64,000 bases of DNA from Pseudomonadota bacterium (GTDB taxonomy: Bacteria > Myxococcota_A > UBA9042 > GCA-2863065): contig CANMLD010000001.1 in NCBI GenBank assembly GCA_947498315.1, positions 38,781-102,780 of the forward strand, read 5' to 3'. Shown here piece after piece: positions 57,846 to 64,000 of this stretch (position 1 is the stretch's first letter; each line of letters opens with the position of its first letter). A program made the translations under genes and the position numbers. The notes below the pieces were generated by a model, which was not told the DNA's origin, ran no database searches, and saw nothing but the letters and a program-made list of their open reading frames with translations.

Positions 57846-59719
57846 CGTTCCATCTTGATGTCCGAGGGAGGCGCTTTGCCGGGAGGCTTGTTGCCCGGCG
57901 GGCGAGCCACTCTCTTCACCGCGAGCGTCGAGGTCAGGTTCTGCCGGCTCTCGGGGCCGGCGATCGGCTTCACGATTGCGGGTTCGTGCCCGCGAAGTTG
58001 AAGCGTTGCGCTGAAGGTCGCGAGGTCGGTGCGAGGGAGCGAGTGGTCGAACGGCGTCGTACCGACGACCGCCCCGGCGATGAGCACGTCGGCCCCTGGC
58101 GGCTTTGACTCAATGTGGAGAGCGACCCACTTGGAAGGAACGAAGTCGAGTGACAGCGTGAAGCCGGGACGCGCCTCTTCGCTCTCGACGTCGCGAGAGA
58201 TGCTGGTAGGGGGCGGTGCGACTGCCCCGGCAATGTTCGAGTTGGCGCTCTCCGGTACTTCGACCGCTTCGACTGCTGGGGGCGCCGGCAGCGCCGCCGC
58301 GACCTCAGGTGCCTTGGCCGCCTCGGCGACACCCGTCGTCGGTGGCGCGCCCGTCGCGGCATGGACAGGCGCTGTGGGCGCTGTAGGCGCTGTGGGAGGC
58401 AACACGTCCGGAGAGCGGTTCAAGATGATGAGCGCCGCGAGCCCGCCGGCCGCGAGCCCGGCGCCGATGCCCACGAACCACCACTTTCGAGTCGACTCGG
58501 GCTCGTCTTGCGGCGGCCGTACTGACAGGGCCCGAGCTGACGCTGGCGCACGGCCCAGACGCGACGGCGTCACTGCGTCGTCGGGTGTCGCTGGCACTGG
58601 GACGTTCGCCGTCGGTCCGCTACGGCTCAACCCTGCGCGCTCCATCGAGCTGGCCGACTGCGAGCTGGCCGACTGCGAGCTGGCCGACTGAGGCCGCGGG
58701 TCGTGCAGGCTGATGATCTCTGACTGGGGCCCACCCGAAATCGGCGCCTGCTTGCTGCGAGATTCGTCATAAGGGACGGCGGCTTGCAGCGCTTCGAGGG
58801 CCTCGAGGACGTCGTGCATCGACCGTGGGCGATCAGCGGCTCGTTTGGCCAGGCATTGCAAGACGAGCGCTTCGAGCTCGTCCGGGATCTCGAGACCAGG
58901 CCGGGCCACCGCGAAGGGCATCGGCGGATCGGTGAGAACGGCACGAAGGACCGACGACAACTCAGCGCGCTCGTTGCCGGGCCGGAACGGCGCATGGCCG
59001 ATGAGCATCTCGTAAAGGGTGCTGCCGAACGAGTAGATGTCGCTGCGCTGGTCGACGGGCTCCCCGACGGCTTGCTCCGGCGACATGTAGTGCGGCGAGC
59101 CGAGCAGCGAGCGTTCCCGAGTGACGTCGTCGTCGCTGGCCATGAGCGACTTCACCAGCCCGAAGTCGAGCACCTTCACGAAGTCACGACTGCGACTGCG
59201 TTGTACGAGCATCACATTGGGCGGCTTCAGGTCGCGGTGGACCACGCCATGGTCGTGAGCTTCCGCGAGCGAGCCGGCGATCTGCGTCGCAATGCGGAGC
59301 GCACGCCCGACAGAGAACGGCGCCTCCTTGTTCAGGACCTGCCGTAGCGTCGCCCCGTCGACGAACTCCATTACGAGGTAGAGCCCGCCCGCGGTGCCCC
59401 CCATGCCGGCCGCTCGTGGCAACGCGCCGTAATCATGAACGATGACCGTGTTCTGATGGTGGAGCTGGCTGGTTACTGTCGCTTCGCGGAGGAAGCGCTT
59501 GACCTGCATCTCCGGGTCCCATGAGTCGACTTCGATAGGACCGAGCACTTTCACGGCGACGAAGCGTCCGAGAGGCTCTTGAACGCCCTTGTACACGCGC
59601 CCGCCGCCTCCGCGACCGATGAGCGCCGAGATGCGATACTTGCCACCGATCAGCGTGCCGACGAGAGGATCGGTCGCCGGCTCGCGTGGCGTATTTCGAC
59701 TGGCGGGCGATTCGGTCAT
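57842..59719 (-). CDS. Ser/Thr protein kinase with a Pro-rich linker, a TM segment and a C-terminal PEGA domain
   Basis: The kinase domain has the Gly loop IGRGGGGRVYKG, the catalytic loop HRDLKPPNVML and DFGLVK. Next comes the TM helix WWFVGIGAGLAAGGLAALIIL. The C-terminal region ...LHIESKPPGADVLIAGAVVGTTPF... is PEGA-like. The start is at the internal ATG (MTESP...). The stop overlaps the start of the TBDR-like gene. Confidence 0.85.
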   Translation of the reverse strand: MTESPASRNTPREPATDPLVGTLIGGKYRISALIGRGGGGRVYKGVQEPLGRFVAVKVLGPIEVDSWDPEMQVKRFLREATVTSQLHHQNTVIVHDYGALPRAAGMGGTAGGLYLVMEFVDGATLRQVLNKEAPFSVGRALRIATQIAGSLAEAHDHGVVHRDLKPPNVMLVQRSRSRDFVKVLDFGLVKSLMASDDDVTRERSLLGSPHYMSPEQAVGEPVDQRSDIYSFGSTLYEMLIGHAPFRPGNERAELSSVLRAVLTDPPMPFAVARPGLEIPDELEALVLQCLAKRAADRPRSMHDVLEALEALQAAVPYDESRSKQAPISGGPQSEIISLHDPRPQSASSQSASSQSASSMERAGLSRSGPTANVPVPATPDDAVTPSRLGRAPASARALSVRPPQDEPESTRKWWFVGIGAGLAAGGLAALIILNRSPDVLPPTAPTAPTAPVHAATGAPPTTGVAEAAKAPEVAAALPAPPAVEAVEVPESANSNIAGAVAPPPTSISRDVESEEARPGFTLSLDFVPSKWVALHIESKPPGADVLIAGAVVGTTPFDHSLPRTDLATFSATLQLRGHEPAIVKPIAGPESRQNLTSTLAVKRVARPPGNKPPGKAPPSDIKMER

Positions 59720-59969
59720 CAGTTGCTGTGGAAAGTACCGGTGAGATGGTGCGTTGCGCAAGGTCGCGACGAGATCTATCGAAGGTCGCGAGGGGGCGGC
59801 GGTCACCGTTCTCCATGTGAGATGGCCGTTTGACACTCGCGCGGGCGACTGCCACGCTCCCGCCGCCGATCCCCACATCCGCTTTCGCGCGCCCGACCCG
59901 GGCGGCGGGCAGGGTCGGGTGCTCCAAATCGACTCCAGCCGACTTCGTCCCAGCGCTGGTTAGGACCTC

Positions 59970-60554
59970 ATGCCCGAACTCCGCGATATCCGGTCCTCCT
60001 TGAGCGTCGGCCAAAAGGTCCGGCTCCTCGAGGTCGCGCGTGAGGCGCTGAATGCGCATGTGCGTCGCGGGGTACGCCTTCAGATCACGGAGTCCGACGT
60101 CCGCCTGAAAGAGCGCCAAGGGGTCTTCGCGACCCTCCTCCTCGGCGATCGGGTCCGTGGGTGCATCGGCGTCCCGGACCCCCGGGATTCGCTCATCAAG
60201 TCGGTCATCGAGGTGGTCTCCATGGCGGCCACTGACGACCCTCGCGAAGCGCCGCTGCGCCTCGACGAAGTCGGTCGCGTCGACATCGAACTAAGCGTCC
60301 TCGGACCCATGCAGGTCGCGCGCCCGGACGACGTCGAGATCGGTCGTCACGGCCTCTTCATTCAACGCGACGGCGCTGCCGGCGTCTTGCTCCCCCAAGT
60401 CGCCGCTCAGGCTGGCTGGACTCGGACCGAGTTCCTCGACCACGTGTGCGTGCGTGCGGGTCTTGCGCCCACCGCCTGGCGGCAGACTGGCGCTCGTATC
60501 GAGATATTCACAGCAGACGTTTTCTCGGAGACCAGCTTACGTCGCCCCGACTGA
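59970..60554 (+). CDS. AMMECR1-domain protein
   Basis: GVFATLLLGDRVRGCIGV is the AMMECR1 Cys-containing motif. The product is 194 aa. Confidence 0.85.
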   Translation: MPELRDIRSSLSVGQKVRLLEVAREALNAHVRRGVRLQITESDVRLKERQGVFATLLLGDRVRGCIGVPDPRDSLIKSVIEVVSMAATDDPREAPLRLDEVGRVDIELSVLGPMQVARPDDVEIGRHGLFIQRDGAAGVLLPQVAAQAGWTRTEFLDHVCVRAGLAPTAWRQTGARIEIFTADVFSETSLRRPD

Positions 60555-61117
60555 CCCGCGCTCTTAAAGTCCTGTCGCTCTCGCTCACCGTGGTGTTCTG
60601 CGCCACTGCCTGTGACGACGACAGCTTCCTCGGCGGGAAGTGGGTCCCCTCCTCCGTGACGGCAGGCGACAACGTTGGTGCTCGCGCGCTTGGCGCCTTC
60701 CTGAAACGCTGCCCCACAGCGGACGGCAATGAGGCTTGCGAGCTCTTCATGGATTTCAGCTTGGGGCACTACGGCGTCGACGCCGTGGGTGTCGTTCGGT
60801 TCTATGAGAACGAGAGCCGCCAACGAGAGGTCATCTGTTCGCCTGAGGACGGGCTGTTTTGCAGCTGTATGTCGATACGCGGCCAGTACAACGAGCCGAA
60901 CTTCGACTTCCAACTCACCGACTGCCAGGGGAGAGAGCGCAACGCCCAGATGATTCGGAAGTCATCAGACGAGGTCGAGCTCGTCATCCACGATGCGTCT
61001 GTTACCGACTGCCCGGGCAAGCCGTCTTGCACCTCTATCCGCCTCCCGCTCGAGAAGACCCTCAGTGAGGACCAGTTGACCCCACGCGACATCGCCTGCA
61101 CGGCGTGTCAGCCCTGA
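60446..61117 (+). CDS. Putative lipoprotein or secreted protein with an uncertain start
   Basis: ...LTRALKVLSLSLTVVFCATACDDD is a signal peptide with a Cys at the end of the hydrophobic region. No ATG or GTG lies just upstream of it. The tracked ATG at 60446 is inside the AMMECR1 gene and gives an implausibly long leader. Confidence 0.45.
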   Translation: MRACGSCAHRLAADWRSYRDIHSRRFLGDQLTSPRLTRALKVLSLSLTVVFCATACDDDSFLGGKWVPSSVTAGDNVGARALGAFLKRCPTADGNEACELFMDFSLGHYGVDAVGVVRFYENESRQREVICSPEDGLFCSCMSIRGQYNEPNFDFQLTDCQGRERNAQMIRKSSDEVELVIHDASVTDCPGKPSCTSIRLPLEKTLSEDQLTPRDIACTACQP

Positions 61118-62673
61118 CGATGTGGCACTCGCAAACCGGCGAGACACCGAGGCGGTCTGAACTCAGTCTCGCGTGGCCATCGCTTACCCATAGGGCCGTG
61201 ATCGCCGCCGTCCTCGCCGTTGCAATCACGTGGACGGTGCCATCCTCGGCGGCCGACGAGCCCCCGCAAACTCGTCCGCGCCGCATCATCGTGCTCCCGG
61301 CTTTCGACTACTCTGGCCTCAGGTCTACCGTCTTCGAAGCGCGTGGGCCTGAAGCGCGTGGGCCTGACGATGGTGCATCGGCCAACGCGGGCCCCCTCGA
61401 CGAGCAGGTGACGACGCTCATCGAGCGCCGCCTCCAGCTCGATCCCGGCGTGGTCGCACTGCTTGGTCCGGAGCTCTCGAAGCGCCTGGAGACGTTCATG
61501 CCACGCATGCGAGCAGGGCTAGAGCGCAAGCAGCGGGCAGAAGCGCTCGTGCGCGACCTTCAGACTGACACCGCGCTACCTGAGCTCATCGACATCGAGC
61601 GAGAGCTGCTCTCCGCCTGGAAAGACGTCATCGACAGAATAACCCGTACCGCGCAGCTCGCCGACCTGTCGCTCGTCCTCGCGTTGGCGCACGCCGATCG
61701 ACGCGAAGACGCCGCCGTGCATGAGGCATTGAAGACCCTCTTCCTTCGAGACCCACAACGCCGTTTCGATGTGGGCTTCTACGACGCCGAGTTCGAGGCC
61801 CGACTGGCGACAGCGTGGACCAACGTCCGGGTCTCCCAGCCGAAGGAACAGCCGCTGGGCTCTCCAGAGCGCCTCGAGCTCTTCATGACCGAGTTCGGGG
61901 CCGACGCGTTCGTCCACGTATGGATCGAAGACGGTGACAGCGTCGGGAGCCGTCGCGTCCGCATCATCGTCTATGATCGCCTCCTTCCGTCGGTCGCCTT
62001 CAGCGCGCCCGTCGGGCCCGATGGCGGAGGAACGCTCGAAGCGGTCGACCGGTTCTTCTCCCGCTACTTGACCTGCCTCGCCCCCGTCGTCATCGAGAGA
62101 GTCGGCGTGGCGCCACCGCCCGTGCGCGATCCCTGGCTCTTCATCGATGCCGGTTTCGCCTACTCCCTCTTCGCTCAGGAGACGACCCGAGAACCCTTCC
62201 ACAACTTCGGCCTCGCACTCTCCGCCGAGTTCCAATTCGCGACGGGCCTCGGCGCCTTCGTGGAAGTCGCCATGTTTACGTCCACGCTCGACCCACAGCG
62301 CGATCTCATCTCGTCCTTTACCAGCGTCCGAGCGCTCACGGGACTCAGCTACGCTTTCCGTGGCGCGTGGTGGCGCTTCAACGTTCACTTCGGCTTCGAC
62401 GTGCAGTTCCTCGGCAGTTACCGCACAACCACCGACCCCTGGTGCAAGTTCGGTGGCTTCAGTGACCCGCGCTGCGCCGAAGCCGAGACTACCGACCTCG
62501 CCAGCGACGTTACCGGCGGCTTTCATGGCGCTTTCGGCGTTCAGTTCTTCGTGAACCGGAACGTCTATCTCGGCCTCAGAATCGGAATGTCCGCCTACAT
62601 CGTGCCCCTCGAGGAGGCTATCAAGGTCAACTTCCCCTTCACGGTGCAGGCCAGCTTGGGCTACGCGCTCTAG
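61105..62673 (+). CDS. Secreted hypothetical protein
   Basis: The signal peptide is ...VIAAVLAVAITWTVPSSAADE. The product is 522 aa. It is preferred over the overlapping antisense ORF 61576..62817 because of the signal peptide and the continuity with upstream genes. Confidence 0.5.
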   Translation: MSALTMWHSQTGETPRRSELSLAWPSLTHRAVIAAVLAVAITWTVPSSAADEPPQTRPRRIIVLPAFDYSGLRSTVFEARGPEARGPDDGASANAGPLDEQVTTLIERRLQLDPGVVALLGPELSKRLETFMPRMRAGLERKQRAEALVRDLQTDTALPELIDIERELLSAWKDVIDRITRTAQLADLSLVLALAHADRREDAAVHEALKTLFLRDPQRRFDVGFYDAEFEARLATAWTNVRVSQPKEQPLGSPERLELFMTEFGADAFVHVWIEDGDSVGSRRVRIIVYDRLLPSVAFSAPVGPDGGGTLEAVDRFFSRYLTCLAPVVIERVGVAPPPVRDPWLFIDAGFAYSLFAQETTREPFHNFGLALSAEFQFATGLGAFVEVAMFTSTLDPQRDLISSFTSVRALTGLSYAFRGAWWRFNVHFGFDVQFLGSYRTTTDPWCKFGGFSDPRCAEAETTDLASDVTGGFHGAFGVQFFVNRNVYLGLRIGMSAYIVPLEEAIKVNFPFTVQASLGYAL

Positions 62674-62975
62674 GAGGGTTCTCCTTTTCTCCCGTCGCAT
62701 GCCTTCGCGCTTCCCTGCGAGATCGGCGTCAGATGCCTTCGATACGTCCTCGAGTACCCACGGGTACGCTCCGGGCGTTTCTCCCTCGGGGGGCGCGGGG
62801 GTGTCCCCCGCCGGCAAGCGCCAGAACAGCCTTCCTTGCTCTCACAGGGAATCGCTACCGGCGACCAGCAGACGGTAGTTCTGCCGAATTTTCGCTTGAC
62901 CGAGCTTCAGACGCGGCGTAACGTCCGCCGTCGCTTCGCAAGGCCAGGGTATCCCCAACCCCAGCGAAAGCCGAC

Positions 62976-63051
62976 GCCAACATAGCTCAGTTGGTAGAGC
63001 AGCTGATTCGTAATCAGCAGGTCCCCGGTTCAAGTCCGGGTGTTGGCTCCA
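62976..63051 (+). tRNA. tRNA-Thr (anticodon CGT)
   Basis: GCCAACATAGCTCAGTTGGTAGAGCAGCTGATTCGTAATCAGCAGGTCCCCGGTTCAAGTCCGGGTGTTGGCTCCA gives a cloverleaf with 7/4/5/5 bp stems. The anticodon loop is TTCGTAA and the 3' CCA is encoded. Confidence 0.9.
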
Positions 63052-63636
63052 CATATTTCGTCTCTATTTCGTGCCCGCCGCCGGAGCGCCGTCCCCTCCC
63101 TCGTCTTCCACCACGGGCCGAAGCGACTTTGTCAGTCTCTCGACTTCCTCGCTGATTAGGAGCTGCGCGGCCACCGGCGGTCGTACTGGCACAGGCGATG
63201 GCGCTTCCGCACCTCGTCCGTATTGCTCCCCCCGCCCCGTGCGAAGAGGTGGCAGGGCGAAGTGGCGGAGGACCACGCGGTCGAACAACGACAATGCGAT
63301 GCTAGAACGTAAGTTGTGTCGGTGTTGCCATTACTGCCGCCTTAGTGCCGTCTCGCTACCGAGGGAGCCGCCGAGCCTCACGAAGCTCGAGTGGCTGCGA
63401 TACGTCCTCACGTTGCCAGTGCTACACTCTAGGCGTCACTCGGTATCCTCCTTGCTCCGAGCGGCATCGCTTCGGCCGGCTAGGTCCGAAGATCAGAGGC
63501 CTCCTAGGGCCATGTATCGTGAGCTCCGTCATGTTGCTCCTCATCCGAAAACTATCAGCCACGGTCGAAGCGTCGTAACGTCCTCGATTGCCCGGCTGGG
63601 TCGGGCTAGCGCGCCCGTCATGGGCCAGGGGAATCG

Positions 63637-64000
63637 ATGTCCATCAGGTCCGTAGGCTCTTCGTCTCTCCATGCTCTGTCACGCGTCATCGCGGCTGGAT
63701 TCGTGGCGGCCGCGATCTCTGCCGGTCTCGTCATGGGCTGCAACAAGGACGACACGTCCGCCGCGCCCGTGCCCGCCGCCGGAGAAGGGAAGCTCGACTG
63801 CGCCAAAGCGGTCGCTCGGCGCACGGAGTGTCTGCCCGAGTTGAAGGTCGATGGGGGGGCAAAGCAAGTGGCGCTCTGTGAGTCCATCGCTGCGTCCGAT
63901 CCGATGAAGGCCAAGGCGCAGTTTGGGTCGTGCCTCGACGCGCCGTCCTGTGCCGAGTACGCCAAGTGCGCCATGGCGCTCGCCGCCGAGCAGGCCAAGT
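63637..64000 (+). CDS. Lipoprotein, 3' partial (runs off the window end)
   Basis: The ATG is preceded by gggga. MSIRSVGSSSLHALSRVIAAGFVAAAISAGLVMGCNKDD has a lipobox (LVMGC). The frame is open to nt 64000. It is not in the ORF track because there is no stop inside the window. Confidence 0.5.
   Translation, partial: MSIRSVGSSSLHALSRVIAAGFVAAAISAGLVMGCNKDDTSAAPVPAAGEGKLDCAKAVARRTECLPELKVDGGAKQVALCESIAASDPMKAKAQFGSCLDAPSCAEYAKCAMALAAEQAK

Noticed and set aside
62673-62692. Possible terminator aggag-ggtt-ctcct-tttt after 61105..62673
   Set aside because: The stem is only 5 bp with 3 GC pairs. It is too weak to call.
61576-62817. 413 aa minus-strand ORF
   Set aside because: It overlaps the plus-strand 61105..62673 ORF almost entirely. 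The plus-strand product has a signal peptide and a more protein-like composition. The call is made with only moderate certainty.
62842-63054. 70 aa ORF
   Set aside because: It lies over tRNA-Thr.

Overview
This is a 64 kb, very GC-rich (about 68-70%) chromosomal segment. Its gene content points to a myxobacterial (Myxococcota-type) genome: three large surface proteins carry MYXO-CTERM-like sorting tails, TSP3-type calcium-binding repeats, about 25 copies of the CxGxDDDCDG Myxococcus cysteine-rich repeat, FG-GAP propellers and PEGA domains.

I support about 45 protein-coding genes, two tRNAs (Asn-GTT on the minus strand, Thr-CGT on the plus strand), two plausible intrinsic terminators and several pseudogenes or gene remnants. 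The latter are a Uma2 nuclease with an in-frame TAA, a family-1 glycosyltransferase split across two frames, an N-truncated NmrA-like gene, an alpha/beta-hydrolase tail, and a lipoprotein candidate with two compensating homopolymer frame switches. There is also a small dispersed repeat family with three partial copies, one lying inside the apparent 5' end of aroE.

Functional content is mixed housekeeping and accessory:
- Housekeeping and metabolism: aroE, ribF, cutA, D-aminoacylase, an FAD/NAD(P) oxidoreductase, a SAM-dependent methyltransferase.
- Transport: an MHS-family MFS transporter and a tandem ATPase/ABC-2-permease operon preceded by a Cys-rich lipoprotein.
- Regulation: an ECF sigma factor with anti-sigma partner, an OmpR-type response regulator, a histidine kinase, a Ser/Thr kinase, a MerR/Xis-type HTH protein and a small winged-helix regulator.
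- Secreted or surface proteins: a fasciclin-domain protein, an EVE-domain protein and many secreted or lipoproteins of unknown function.

The loci I would look at again first:
1. A leaderless DUF4157 (HExxH) protein fused to a peptidoglycan-binding domain and a LAS/M15-like zinc-peptidase domain, which looks like an injected cell-wall-degrading effector.
2. A minus-strand operon of Ser/Thr kinase, PEGA/TPR-extended TonB-dependent-receptor-like outer-membrane protein and histidine kinase, with the kinase and the receptor both carrying PEGA domains.
3. An OmpR response regulator and a histidine kinase bracketing a 7.1 kb giant cysteine-rich-repeat lipoprotein gene.
4. A single ORF that joins a MYXO-CTERM sorting tail to the signal peptide of an OmpA-family protein with no stop codon between them.
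5. The dispersed repeat family.

Several apparent frameshifts sit at homopolymer runs, so sequence-quality artefacts are a real alternative to true pseudogenisation. Coordinates of features not taken from the ORF track are good only to about 2-3 nt.
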